Virus record (IMG/VR): IMGVR_UViG_3300036987_000137
Coordinates: 1-38,578 of that record
DNA length: 38,578 bases
DNA from: a virus
Lineage: Duplodnaviria > Caudoviricetes
Strand: one strand, 5' to 3'
Shown piece by piece: positions 26,021 to 35,949 of the stretch. A program made the position numbers and the translations under genes. The notes below the pieces were generated by a model. It was given only the letters and a program-made list of their open reading frames with translations. It did no database searches and was not told the origin of the DNA. Position 1 is the stretch's first letter. Each line of letters starts with the position of its first letter.

Positions 26021-26505
26021 TGAACTTCGGCGTCAAGATCGAAGTCGACACGCATGATCTCGCCGCGATCAACGCTCTGGTGACGGGTCTTTCCGACTTC
26101 GACGCCGCCCCGCTCGTCGAAGAGATCGTGCAGCTCGGCGAAAATCAGACGCGCAAGCGCATCGAGAGCGGCGGCCCAGGTCCTGACGGCACGAAATGGC
26201 CGCCGAATAAGGAAGGCACGCCGATCCTTTTTCGCACCGGCCGCCATCTGCATGACAGCATCGCTTCCTCGTCATCGGGAACGAGCGGCGAATGGGGCGC
26301 GGCCTGGGAATTTGCGCATGTCCATCAGGAAGGCGCGGTCATTACGCCAAAAAGCGCCGGCCGCCTCGTCTTCATGCTCGGCGACAAGCGCGTCTTCGCC
26401 AAGATGGTGACGATCCCGGCGCGTCCCTTCGTGGGCGTCTCGGGCGAGGACGCCGAAGAGATCAAGGAGCTTGTCACTGATTATTTCGGGAGGCTCCTGC
26501 CGTGA
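26020..26505 (+). CDS. Virion morphogenesis protein (Mu gpG-like)
   Basis: PDG.KW.P, L..TG.L..SI, A.VHQ.G, IPARPF.G.S. Confidence 0.85.
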   Translation: MNFGVKIEVDTHDLAAINALVTGLSDFDAAPLVEEIVQLGENQTRKRIESGGPGPDGTKWPPNKEGTPILFRTGRHLHDSIASSSSGTSGEWGAAWEFAHVHQEGAVITPKSAGRLVFMLGDKRVFAKMVTIPARPFVGVSGEDAEEIKELVTDYFGRLLP

Positions 26506-27023
26506 TGACGCTCACCCGCGCCGAGCTCCTGGCCAATGCCCGCGTAAAGTCTTTGCGCGACGCCATTGTCGCGAGGCTGAAGTCCCGCTTCGTCGATCTC
26601 GACGTGAGGTCGCATCTCGGCAAGCTCGACATCAGCGACGTGCTCGAAAAGGGAATCTTCAATCCGCCCTCGATCGCCGTCGCGGCGACGCGCACGAAGC
26701 CGGAGGGGCGGCTCTCCGGGGCTGACGATTTCGTCGTCGACCTCACCGCCTATGTCGTCACCGAAGATCTGCTCGTCGGCGGCCGGCGCGTCGAGCGCGA
26801 CGAAATGGCGCTCGCGATCTGCGAAGGCCTGTTGCTCTCGCTCACCGACGACGATTTCACGCGTTGGAACGTCGAGGACGTCGGGCCGCCCGAAGACGCC
26901 GAAGCGAAGCCGCTCTTCACCATCAAGGCCGTCGCGCAGGGCGTCGTCTATTACGCCGTGACCTGGAAGCAGACGCTCTTCCATGTCGCGCCGGCGAACT
27001 TCTTCACCGGAGGCGACGCGTGA
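26502..27023 (+). CDS. Mu gp37-like tail terminator/neck protein
   Basis: Position, size and YAVTW.Q C-terminal motif. Confidence 0.65.
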   Translation: MMTLTRAELLANARVKSLRDAIVARLKSRFVDLDVRSHLGKLDISDVLEKGIFNPPSIAVAATRTKPEGRLSGADDFVVDLTAYVVTEDLLVGGRRVERDEMALAICEGLLLSLTDDDFTRWNVEDVGPPEDAEAKPLFTIKAVAQGVVYYAVTWKQTLFHVAPANFFTGGDA

Positions 27024-27676
27024 GCCTTTACGCCTCCGAGCTTCGCCGCCTGCGCCGCGAGTCGGTGCGCGTCAATCGTCGTCTGGCGCTCGCTCATGTC
27101 GAGGGACATGTCGCCGAGCGCGACGAACAGAAATGGAAAGTGCGGCTCGAACTCGGGACCGACGAGGACGGCAAGAAGATCCTATCGCCCTGGGTCAAGC
27201 CGCATTCCAACTCTTCGGGCGCCTATAAGAATTCTCCGGCGTTGCCGGCCGTCGGCGACCGTATGCGGCTGCATTCGCCTTCCGGCATCATCGGCGCGGC
27301 CTCTTATGCGATCCCTTCGGCCTTCGACGACGAGCTGAAGCGGCCGGACGGCCAGGGCAAGGACGAAGCCGTGCGCGAATTCGGCAAGACCCGCGTGTCG
27401 CAGACGCAAGAAAATCTCACGCGTAAGACCGAGAAAACGAGCGTCGCGCAGACGAAGGAAAAGATCACGTCAACGACCGAGAAGACGAGCGTCGAGCAAA
27501 AGAAGGACGAGATCATCGTCAAGGGCGATAAGAAATTCGAAGCTGAGGCCGACGAAGCGCGGATTAAGGGCAAAACCACCCGCATCCACGGCGAGAGCAT
27601 CCAGAAGATCAAATTCGTCGCCGGTGACAAGACTTTTTACATCAACCCGCTCGCGCTCATCGAGACCAGCGCGTGA
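27020..27676 (+). CDS. Baseplate spike (gpV-like)
   Basis: OB-fold region (G.V.E.D...KVRL...SPWV...PAVG......SPSG) followed by beta-helix-like repeats. Confidence 0.8.
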   Translation: MSLYASELRRLRRESVRVNRRLALAHVEGHVAERDEQKWKVRLELGTDEDGKKILSPWVKPHSNSSGAYKNSPALPAVGDRMRLHSPSGIIGAASYAIPSAFDDELKRPDGQGKDEAVREFGKTRVSQTQENLTRKTEKTSVAQTKEKITSTTEKTSVEQKKDEIIVKGDKKFEAEADEARIKGKTTRIHGESIQKIKFVAGDKTFYINPLALIETSA

Positions 27677-27687
27677 AGGAGGAGAGG

Positions 27688-27921
27688 ATGAAAAATCCGC
27701 AAGCGCCCGAAGAGCCGAAGACCTATGTCACCACCGAACGCGCCGGCTTCGTCGTCGCCGGCCGCCGCGTTCCGCCTGTCTACGAGCAAGGCACGCCCGC
27801 GCGGCCGACGGTCGGCTTTGAGCTGAAGCTTCTAGACGCCGAGGCCGAATATGAGCTGGCGCAGAGAACGATCGCGCTCAAGAAAGAACCAAAAAACCCG
27901 AAGGCTGAAAAGGCCTCTTAA
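27688..27921 (+). CDS. Small hypothetical tail protein
   Basis: GGAGGAGAGG RBS; YVTTERAG..VAGRR...L...EAEYEL. Confidence 0.7.
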   Translation: MKNPQAPEEPKTYVTTERAGFVVAGRRVPPVYEQGTPARPTVGFELKLLDAEAEYELAQRTIALKKEPKNPKAEKAS

Positions 27922-27932
27922 AAGGCGTTCGC

Positions 27933-28331
27933 ATGGTTCGCTATCGGAACGGGATCGACGCGAGAACAGGCAGGCCGCTTTCCGGTCGCGCCCATCTCGA
28001 GCAATCGATTATCAAGATCGTGATGACGATCCCGACCGAGCGCGTCATGTTGCTCGACTTCGGCATGAATCCGACGCGCCATATCGGCCGCAATATCTCC
28101 GCGGCGCTGGCGGCGCGCTTCTACCGCGACGTCATCGTCGCCGTTCACGCCTACGAGCCGGAATATCGCATCCGCCGCCTGCAGCTCGTCGTGCTCGACC
28201 GCGTCGGCGCTCTCGGCGTGCTGTTCGAGGGGTCCTATTACCCAGAGGGCCGTTTCGGCAATTACGCGATCGTCGAAGGCGTCGATCTCAACCTGCCGCT
28301 GTCCGTCGCCGAATTGCGAGGGGTGGCCTAA
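27933..28331 (+). CDS. Baseplate wedge gpW/gp25-family
   Basis: GIDARTG..L....HL.QSI..I..T...ERV...DFG, YEP. Confidence 0.88.
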   Translation: MVRYRNGIDARTGRPLSGRAHLEQSIIKIVMTIPTERVMLLDFGMNPTRHIGRNISAALAARFYRDVIVAVHAYEPEYRIRRLQLVVLDRVGALGVLFEGSYYPEGRFGNYAIVEGVDLNLPLSVAELRGVA

Positions 28332-28401
28332 TGCGCATGGCCTCATCTCAAAACCGCTACGGCGGTCTTCTTCGCGCCGCTCGAAACATCGGCGGCGCGG
28401 C

Positions 28402-29328
28402 ATGATTGTCCTCTCCGCCGAGACGATCGACCTCTCCCGCCTTCCGGCGCCGGACGGCATAGAGCCGCTGGACTATGGAACGCTGCAATCGGCCTTCATG
28501 GAGCGTTTCATCGCGGTCTGGGCTGCCGCGCGCGCCATCGATCCGAGCCTGCCGCAATATGACGTCCACACGCTCGAAACAGATCCGGCCGTCATCACCA
28601 GCGAGGCGTGGTCATATCTGCGGCTGCTTGATCGCGCGCGCGTCAATGACGCGGTGCGGGCGGTGCTCGCGCCCCTCGCCAAAGACGACGATCTCGACAA
28701 TGTCGTGGCGCGCCTCAATATCGCGCGTCTCACCGTCATCCCGGCGACCGAGTCTACCCTCGCGGTGATGGAGTCCGACGAACGGCTCCTCCTGCGCTAT
28801 CTGCTCGCCTTTTCGCGCCCGGCGGCCGGCACGCGCGAGCGTTATCTTTTTGAAGCCTATACGGCGCTCCCGATCCTGCATCACGCCGCCGTCAATGGCC
28901 GCGCCGTTCACGGCCGCCGGGGCGACATCGACATCGTCCTCGCCGGACCCGAGGGTCGCGATCTTACCGACGAGGAAATGTTTACCGTTGGCGATCGCCT
29001 GCTCGCGGAGGACGTGAAGCCGGAGGCCGTCTCGGTCATTTGCCTGAGAGCCCAGCGCAGGCTCTATGATTTCGTGGGCGCCCTCGTCGTCGGCAAGGGG
29101 CCCGATCTGACCGCGGTCACGACCGAAGCCGAGGCGCGCATTCGCGCCAGCGCCAAGGAGCGGATGAGGATTGGCGATTTCGTGCCGGTCAATTCGCTCG
29201 CCGGCGCCGCCTATGGTCCCGGCGTGCTGCGCGCCAGCGCGACGGCGCCGGCCACTGACGTCTCCGCGAATCCCTACGCAATCCCAATTCTGCGCAATGT
29301 CGCTCTCGATGCGGAGGCGCAGACATGA
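28402..29328 (+). CDS. Baseplate J-like protein
   Basis: IDLSRLPAPD.IE.LDY, R.RVNDA.RA, DLDN, MESDE.L..R, AG....Y. Confidence 0.92.
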   Translation: MIVLSAETIDLSRLPAPDGIEPLDYGTLQSAFMERFIAVWAAARAIDPSLPQYDVHTLETDPAVITSEAWSYLRLLDRARVNDAVRAVLAPLAKDDDLDNVVARLNIARLTVIPATESTLAVMESDERLLLRYLLAFSRPAAGTRERYLFEAYTALPILHHAAVNGRAVHGRRGDIDIVLAGPEGRDLTDEEMFTVGDRLLAEDVKPEAVSVICLRAQRRLYDFVGALVVGKGPDLTAVTTEAEARIRASAKERMRIGDFVPVNSLAGAAYGPGVLRASATAPATDVSANPYAIPILRNVALDAEAQT

Positions 29329-29972
29329 GCCAAAGCATGAGTTCTGTCGGCGATCTTCTTCCCGGCGCGCGAGGAGCCTTTGAAGAGGCCGTCGCCGCCG
29401 GCATGTCCGACGTTCTGCCGGTTCCGATCGAAGAAATCGTCGAAGCGGCGCAGACGCCAGTCGCCTTCCTTCCCTGGCTCGCCGTCCATTATGGGGTGCG
29501 GCTGTGGTTTCCCGATTGGCCGGAAGCGCTCAAGCGATTCGTGGTCGACGAAGCGCCGGCGCTCAATTTCGCGGTCGGGACGCGCGCGGCTGTCCCTGCC
29601 TTGCTTGACTATGTTGACGCGACTCTCATCGACGCCAAGGCCTATCCGCAACGCTTCGTCTTCGGCAGCGCCGTGATCGGCCGCACGGCGGTTCGCCATC
29701 CGCCCTTCATGGCGCGCTACCTCGTCTACGTCGAAACGTCGACGCCGCGCATGGGCTTCGTTTATGGGCGCGCGGCGCTCGGCCGCCACGCCGGCCGCAC
29801 GCCCTCGCGTGAGAAATTCAAACGGGCGCGGGCGGCGCTGCGCGCGGCGAAGGCGCCCGAGACCGAATATCGCGTCAGTTTCCAGACCAATCGGCAAATC
29901 ACCATCGCCGACGGCGTCCCGCTCGACGGGACATTTACGCTCGGCCAGTGGATCTCGCGCACGAGGCTTTGA
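29325..29972 (+). CDS. P2 gpI-like tail/baseplate protein
   Basis: LLP......E.A, P..FLPWLA....V..W...WPE..KR, GT..A. Confidence 0.85.
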   Translation: MSQSMSSVGDLLPGARGAFEEAVAAGMSDVLPVPIEEIVEAAQTPVAFLPWLAVHYGVRLWFPDWPEALKRFVVDEAPALNFAVGTRAAVPALLDYVDATLIDAKAYPQRFVFGSAVIGRTAVRHPPFMARYLVYVETSTPRMGFVYGRAALGRHAGRTPSREKFKRARAALRAAKAPETEYRVSFQTNRQITIADGVPLDGTFTLGQWISRTRL

Positions 29973-29973
29973 C

Positions 29974-32241
29974 ATGGATGTCGTGAAATTCAACGAGGCG
30001 GAAGTCGCCGAACCGGACGATTGGACGAACATCGGCCTCAACGCTCGAGCGTCTGAAGACGCGCTCGTCGCCGGCGCGATCGACTATCCCACCCATTGGG
30101 CGGACTTCACCGTCTCCAATCCCAATGCGCTGGAACTGATCGTTTCACCAGGCACCCTCTTTTCCGAGGGCAAGCTCTATCGCAACGCCGCGCAGACGAC
30201 GATCAACATTCAGCAATATCTGCCGATCGTCGCCGGCGATAATCGCTTCCTCGCCCTCCTCGCGGACGGCGCCGTGGAAACGACGAATGAGGAGCGCCTG
30301 TTCGAGACGGATGCCGAGACGGAGGCGACCATCGCGCAGCAGGCGCCCAAAGTCGAAAAGCGCAAGATCGATTTCACAATCGCATTCGGCGCGACATCGC
30401 CGACGCCTCTGAAGCCGGCGATTCCGGCGAATCGCTGCTGCATCGCCTGGGTCGAGCTGTCAACGATCGGCGTCGTCGCGATCGAGCCCAATCACGCCGC
30501 GCGCGTCAAAACGCTCTACGAGCATGAGGGACGGCTTGTCAGCGTCGAGGGCGAGATCGGCCAAATCTCGGCGTCCGTTCGCACGATCAAGACCGACATC
30601 GCCAACATTCAGGCGCGCCTCGGCGATATCCCGTCGCCGGCGATCGTTCGGCAGATGAAGCGTTCGATAGCGCAGCTCCTGGTCGGATCCAGTGTGCCCC
30701 CCGAGGCGCTCGCCTATGATTATGATCCTGGCCTGGTCGGCGACAAATGGGACCATGTGCACGCCTCCTGGCTCGCGCGCGTGCACGAAGGCGTGCGATT
30801 CGCCTTCGCCGCGGAACGCGACATGCAACTCGCGCTCATCGACGACGAGGCGTCGAACATCAGGAAGAGCGGCAATCTGCTCCTGCCGGAATGGACTGAG
30901 GAAACGCGGCTTGAAGTCGCCGGCGACGGCGGCTCGGTCAATATTGCCGGCGCGGTCCATACGGTCGTCGACGCCATCCAGAAGACGCTGTCGCGCAGCG
31001 TCACCGAATATGGCCCGACGGTGACAACTTGCGAGAACGTCGCCGAATGGGCGAATTACTCGATCGGCAAGAACGTCGGAGCGATATTCAGCTACGGCGG
31101 AGAGGATTTTGAAATCGTCGCCGCGGCGCCGAGCGGCCATGGCATCTATCGATGGATTAGCGTCCGCAAGATCATCACGCGTCAGATCATCGAGACCTAT
31201 TGGGAATATGTGACCTCGACGGTCGGTCTCAACGGCTCGATCCATGGGCAGCAATGGCTCAATACCCAGCCATCCGTGCTCACCAGCGTCGATCTTAATT
31301 TCACGTTGAAGGCCGCGAGCGGCCCGGTGCATTTGCTCATCTGCGAGTGTTTCGAACATGGCGCCCCGAATTTCAGCGCGGTCATTGCGCGGGTCGAAAA
31401 GCAGCCTGAAGACCTCGTCCTCGGATGGAACAAGTTCGCTTTGGCGCCGACGCTGCTCGACGGCGGCAAGCGCTACGCCTGGGTGACGGTCACGACGGGC
31501 AATCATGCGCTGGCGACTGTTTCCGGCAACGCCTTCGCGCAAGGCTCACGTTTCATCTGTTCCGACGGCGTGTGGGCGCAGCCGTTGACGGACAGCGACT
31601 TCGCCTTCCGCCTCAATTGCGCGAAATTCGCCAGAACGCGCACGACCGTCGACTTCCAGCCGCTCACGCTCGACGGCGGCATGACCGAGATCCGATTGCT
31701 GCACGCCGGATGGGAGGCGGCGGGGACGAAGCTCGCCTGGGAGATCAAGGTTCCCTCGATCCCGAACGCGCAATGGCGACCGCTCACGCTCGATAACGCC
31801 GACGGCGCCGATGATCTCAACGGCCTGCCGGCGCTCGTTCAGCTTCGCGCCGTCTTCATGGGCACGACGGACCTGCAGCCGGCGCTCGTGCTCGACGCCT
31901 ATGCGCGCGGCATGACCTTCCGCAATCGTGGAGATTTCGTCGCGATTAGCGCGGTCATCAATTTCGGCGTCGCGACGACGACGGTGCAGACCGATTCCGT
32001 GATCGACGCTTTCGATCCGGTGAAGCATACGGCGGCGCCGAAGCTCGTTATCGGCGGGACGGTCTACACGCCGAGCGTGACCACGATCACCGACGAAGAC
32101 TCCGATAATGGCCTGCGCCGGCGCATCCTTGCGACCTTCACCGTGCCCTCGACAATGACGGCGCGCTATCGGCTCGACATGACGACGACCGAAGTGACGG
32201 ACGTTCCCTTCCTGCAGAACCGCGCGGTCTACGCGCTTTAA
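29974..32241 (+). CDS. Large tail/baseplate-distal structural protein, 755 aa
   Basis: Long beta-rich ORF between gpI and the fibre genes, with a central coiled coil. Confidence 0.7.
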   Translation: MDVVKFNEAEVAEPDDWTNIGLNARASEDALVAGAIDYPTHWADFTVSNPNALELIVSPGTLFSEGKLYRNAAQTTINIQQYLPIVAGDNRFLALLADGAVETTNEERLFETDAETEATIAQQAPKVEKRKIDFTIAFGATSPTPLKPAIPANRCCIAWVELSTIGVVAIEPNHAARVKTLYEHEGRLVSVEGEIGQISASVRTIKTDIANIQARLGDIPSPAIVRQMKRSIAQLLVGSSVPPEALAYDYDPGLVGDKWDHVHASWLARVHEGVRFAFAAERDMQLALIDDEASNIRKSGNLLLPEWTEETRLEVAGDGGSVNIAGAVHTVVDAIQKTLSRSVTEYGPTVTTCENVAEWANYSIGKNVGAIFSYGGEDFEIVAAAPSGHGIYRWISVRKIITRQIIETYWEYVTSTVGLNGSIHGQQWLNTQPSVLTSVDLNFTLKAASGPVHLLICECFEHGAPNFSAVIARVEKQPEDLVLGWNKFALAPTLLDGGKRYAWVTVTTGNHALATVSGNAFAQGSRFICSDGVWAQPLTDSDFAFRLNCAKFARTRTTVDFQPLTLDGGMTEIRLLHAGWEAAGTKLAWEIKVPSIPNAQWRPLTLDNADGADDLNGLPALVQLRAVFMGTTDLQPALVLDAYARGMTFRNRGDFVAISAVINFGVATTTVQTDSVIDAFDPVKHTAAPKLVIGGTVYTPSVTTITDEDSDNGLRRRILATFTVPSTMTARYRLDMTTTEVTDVPFLQNRAVYAL

Positions 32242-32251
32242 GGAGGCTTCA

Positions 32252-32443
32252 ATGGCGCAGCAACCGCATGGCGGCACGACGTATGACCCGGAGACGATCT
32301 ACGACGTGCGGCTCAGCCGCACGGTGATGGTTGGCCGCGCCCGCATCAAACCGCTCGGCGAGCATCAGATCACCGGTGCGACGCTCAACGCCATCGTCGA
32401 TGAAGAAGGGGCCGACGCCATTGTCTCTGCCAACCCCCGATAA
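32252..32443 (+). CDS. Small tail-associated protein, 63 aa
   Basis: AAGGAGG RBS; within the operon. Confidence 0.7.
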   Translation: MAQQPHGGTTYDPETIYDVRLSRTVMVGRARIKPLGEHQITGATLNAIVDEEGADAIVSANPR

Positions 32444-33653
32444 CGACTACGCCGCTCCGGCCAACATGACGTTGAACAAGGCGTCATGGGACGCTGCGAT
32501 GACGTCGATCGGCGAGCGGCTCCGCGCGCGGGAAGATCTGGAAGCAACGTTCCAGAACCTGATCAATCTTGGCGTCGGTCAGGCGATCGCGGCGGTCCAG
32601 AACGAAATCGCGCCGACCGCCGCCCAGGCGCAGGCCCATGCGCAGCAGATTGAGGCGTTCCTTGACGCTCTGCTGGCGACGTCCATTCCGGCGACGTTGA
32701 TCTCCGTCACGCCGTCGATGCGCTTTACGTCGGACGCTGAAGTCGCGTCCAAGGCGTCCGCCTCCGCTCTCGCCGATCTCGTCGCCGCTGTTGCGCTCCT
32801 GGCGCCACGCGCTTCGCCCAACTTTACTGGCTCCCCCACCGCGCCGACTCCGGCCGGCGGCGACAATTCGGCCAAACTGGCGACGACGGCCTTTGTGAAA
32901 ACGGCGATCGCCGCGCTGGTCGCTTCCGCGCCCGGCGTGCTCGACACTTTGGACGAGCTTGCCGCCGCGCTCGGCGACGACGCCAATTTCGCGTCGACCG
33001 TGACCAACGCGCTCGCCGCGCGCCTGCGCTTCGATGCAGCGCAAGCGCTGAGCGCCGGCGAAAAAACTCAGGCGCGGACAAATCTGGGGCTGGGGTCGCT
33101 CGCGACGCAGAGCGCGGTCAATCTCGCCGATCTGCCGGCCGGCGCGTGGGTGCATATCGCTACGTCTATTGCTAGCAACAGCGCTGCATTGGAGGTAGGG
33201 CCGCTCGACAACGTTTACGACGACTACGAGATTGTTCTTGAAAATATCCGATCGACGGTCGATGGAGTCAGCCTTCTTGCGCAGGTTTTTGCGAGCGGCG
33301 TTTATCAAACATCGGGCTATTCGAGCATTTTCTATACCGTTAACTCGATTGGCGGGGCCTCTTACCACAACACCTCCACGATCGACATTAGCGCCAGCGG
33401 CGGGCGCATGGACACCGCCGCAGGGGCGGGGTTGAGCGGATTCCTGCGGCTCGTGAACCCCAGCCAAGCAGCGTATTTCAAGCAGATCATTGGGCAATGT
33501 GGCTTCATGGATAACAGCTCCGGCGGCACCGGGGTCGTCTTTTTGTCGGCGGCATGGCGCGGCGGCGTCGATGCAATCACCAAAATGCAATTTTTCATGT
33601 CGAGCGGAAATATCGACACCGGCAAAATCCATCTTTTTGGGCGGAAGAAATGA
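32421..33653 (+). CDS. Tail fibre protein 1
   Basis: P2 gpH-like shaft SPNFTGSPTAPT..GDNS.KLATTAFV...AP..LDTL.ELAAALGDD.NFA.T; C-terminal tip domain. The TTG start is inferred. Confidence 0.85.
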   Translation: MSLPTPDNDYAAPANMTLNKASWDAAMTSIGERLRAREDLEATFQNLINLGVGQAIAAVQNEIAPTAAQAQAHAQQIEAFLDALLATSIPATLISVTPSMRFTSDAEVASKASASALADLVAAVALLAPRASPNFTGSPTAPTPAGGDNSAKLATTAFVKTAIAALVASAPGVLDTLDELAAALGDDANFASTVTNALAARLRFDAAQALSAGEKTQARTNLGLGSLATQSAVNLADLPAGAWVHIATSIASNSAALEVGPLDNVYDDYEIVLENIRSTVDGVSLLAQVFASGVYQTSGYSSIFYTVNSIGGASYHNTSTIDISASGGRMDTAAGAGLSGFLRLVNPSQAAYFKQIIGQCGFMDNSSGGTGVVFLSAAWRGGVDAITKMQFFMSSGNIDTGKIHLFGRKK

Positions 33654-34147
33654 CCTACACAGCGCGACCTCTCAGCGACGCCGTCGTGCGCGACTCTGAC
33701 GGCATGATCATCGGCCCGGAAATGGAGGCCGAATGGGTCGAATATCAGGCCTGGGCCGCGCTCGGAAACACGCCCGCTCCCGCAAACACGTTATCGAAGC
33801 TCAAAGAAGCGGCTCTGCAGGCGCTTGCCGATCGCCGTTGGCGCGCGGAGACACGCGGAATCAGCGTCAATGGTTCGCCTGTCGCGACGGATGACAAATC
33901 TCAGGCGAAACTCGTTGGCGCATGTCTCGCGGCGACGCTCGACGCCAGCTGTTCGGTCCAGTGGAAGGTCGCCGACCGCGGCTTCGTGACGCTCGATCGC
34001 GATCAGATCATCGCGATCGCGCAGGCCGTCCGCACACATGTGCAGGCGTGCTTCGATCGCGAGGCGGCGCTCGCCGAAGAGATCCAGTCGGCGTCAGACG
34101 AACAGGCGCTCGCGACGATCGATATCGATGGGGGCTGGCCGTCGTGA
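33650..34147 (+). CDS. DUF4376-like tail fibre assembly protein
   Basis: EY.AW...GNTP.P, RW..ET.GI, TD..SQ, WK.AD..FV.L, HVQACF.RE. Confidence 0.82.
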   Translation: MTYTARPLSDAVVRDSDGMIIGPEMEAEWVEYQAWAALGNTPAPANTLSKLKEAALQALADRRWRAETRGISVNGSPVATDDKSQAKLVGACLAATLDASCSVQWKVADRGFVTLDRDQIIAIAQAVRTHVQACFDREAALAEEIQSASDEQALATIDIDGGWPS

Positions 34148-35469
34148 GCATCAGACGCATCTACCTTTCCAACAATGAGGCGATTTCCCGAAGCTTAGTG
34201 GTGCGCATGCCTGGCTACGCCATGCCGCCAGCTGGCGCATGGAAGATGGAGCTGCGGCGCAGGTCGATCGCGACGGGCGGGCCGGCGTTCGCGTTTTCGA
34301 GCGAGACGGGCAATCTACGCGTCATCGCCTATGACGCGCCGGCCAGGAAGGCGGTTCTCGCCCTGCTTGCGCCGCAGCAGCTCATCGCCGATCTGACCGA
34401 TAGCTATTTCGCCGATCTCATTTATGTCGAGGACGGCCTTCCCAAGAATCTCGGACAGTTCGTCTTCAACTTCAGGCGCGGCGTTTCGCAGGGGCTGCCG
34501 GGGCCGGCGCCGGCTTATGAGGATCTCGCCTCATGGGAGCCGATCGTGGACATTTCCGGCAATGACGCCGCGACCATTCTCAGCATGGTCGAGCGCGGAC
34601 TGCCAGGTCCCCCAAACGGTCCGCCGGGGCCGCAGGGGCCGCAAGGCGCAGTCGGTCCTGCCGGGCCGGAAGGTCCGCGAGGTCTCGTCGGTCCTTCTGG
34701 CCCACAAGGCCTGCAGGGTCCGCAAGGCCAGCTCGGTCCCTCTGGTCCGCAAGGACCGCAAGGTCCACAAGGCGGTGTCGGGCCTTCTGGCCTGGAAGGT
34801 CCGCAAGGTCCGCACGGCGAGATCGGTCCTGCTGGTCCTCAGGGGCCACAAGGCGACGTCGGTCCTGTTGGCCCGCAGGGAGCGCAAGGCGATGTCGGCC
34901 CTGCCGGACCGCAGGGGCCGGCCGGCGAAGCCGCAACTCTGCCCGCGGGACCATGGATCCATCTTGCGACATTGACCGCGGCGGACGTCGCGCAGCTCGC
35001 CGATACGACTCACTTCACTTCCGACTTCGACGACTATGAGATCGTCCTCGAAAATCTCGTTCCGGCGAACGATGGCGCCAACTTGAAGTTGGAGCTGCAG
35101 ATCGGCGGCTATTGGATGATCGACGGCTATTCCAGCCTGGCGCGCTTGACGAATGCGGCCGGCTCGATCGCCTCGCATCAGACGGCGTATATCGACCTCT
35201 CCGGCGCGACGAGTCCGCGGTTGAAAAACAGTGGGGGCGTAGGGCTAAGCGGCTTTCTTCGCTTCTTCAATCCTGCCGAAACGGCGAATGTGAAGCGCAT
35301 CGTTGGACAGACGGGCTTTGGCGATTATTCCGACAGCGGGCAAAGCGCGATTGTCGATATATCGGCGTCGAGAAACACGACGACGGACCCCGTCACCGGC
35401 ATGAAGTTCTTTGTCGACAACGGCAATCTGGCGACGGGCAAAATCCACATTTTCGGCCGGAAGAAATGA
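34144..35469 (+). CDS. Collagen-like fibre protein 2
   Basis: Uninterrupted Gly-X-Y (GPQ/GPA/GPS) tract at about 34600-34930; C-terminal domain paralogous to fibre 1. Confidence 0.85.
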   Translation: MSIRRIYLSNNEAISRSLVVRMPGYAMPPAGAWKMELRRRSIATGGPAFAFSSETGNLRVIAYDAPARKAVLALLAPQQLIADLTDSYFADLIYVEDGLPKNLGQFVFNFRRGVSQGLPGPAPAYEDLASWEPIVDISGNDAATILSMVERGLPGPPNGPPGPQGPQGAVGPAGPEGPRGLVGPSGPQGLQGPQGQLGPSGPQGPQGPQGGVGPSGLEGPQGPHGEIGPAGPQGPQGDVGPVGPQGAQGDVGPAGPQGPAGEAATLPAGPWIHLATLTAADVAQLADTTHFTSDFDDYEIVLENLVPANDGANLKLELQIGGYWMIDGYSSLARLTNAAGSIASHQTAYIDLSGATSPRLKNSGGVGLSGFLRFFNPAETANVKRIVGQTGFGDYSDSGQSAIVDISASRNTTTDPVTGMKFFVDNGNLATGKIHIFGRKK

Positions 35470-35948
35470 CGGCGAAATCGATTGCGCAAATAAAGGCGGA
35501 CATCGACGCGCATCTGCTTGCGCATGGCGCGTCGATCGATCCCTCGCCGATCCTGCGCGAGACGCTCTTCGACATCCTCGACTCGCTAAAGGCCTATAAT
35601 ACCCCGGATCCGCATTTGATCCGGCTGACCTACCCTGGCATCCCGTCGCCGAATGCGCTGGTGCTGGGGGAAGTCTTTGTCGTCGGCGTGGCGTTCCCCG
35701 CAAATTTTGCGGGATCGCAGTTTCGCTGCCTCGTCGCCCCGCACGAGGCTTACATGCTCCGCATCCTCAAAAATGGCGACGAGGTTGGCGCAATCGAGTT
35801 CGCCGCCAGTGAAAAAATCGCAACGATCTCGACCAGCGACGGCGAGCGTCTGCAGTTCGAAACAGGAGACATTCTGCAGCTCGTCACGCAGGCGAGCCTC
35901 GACGTGATCTCAGGCCTCTTCGGCGCGCTCGCCGGAACCCGCGTCTGA
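35466..35948 (+). CDS. Hypothetical tail-associated protein, 160 aa
   Basis: ATGA-coupled to fibre 2; FPANFAGS...NG..VG.I.FAA. Confidence 0.7.
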   Translation: MTAKSIAQIKADIDAHLLAHGASIDPSPILRETLFDILDSLKAYNTPDPHLIRLTYPGIPSPNALVLGEVFVVGVAFPANFAGSQFRCLVAPHEAYMLRILKNGDEVGAIEFAASEKIATISTSDGERLQFETGDILQLVTQASLDVISGLFGALAGTRV

Positions 35949-35949
35949 C

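Noticed and set aside
34600-34930. Repetitive GGTCCGCAA-type DNA as a separate repeat element
   Set aside because: Fully explained by Gly-X-Y collagen coding.
33130-35469. Diversity-generating retroelement or invertible fibre cassette
   Set aside because: The tips differ at all base types, not just adenines; both genes are on the same strand; no RT or invertase is present in the window (the unseen right end is not excluded).
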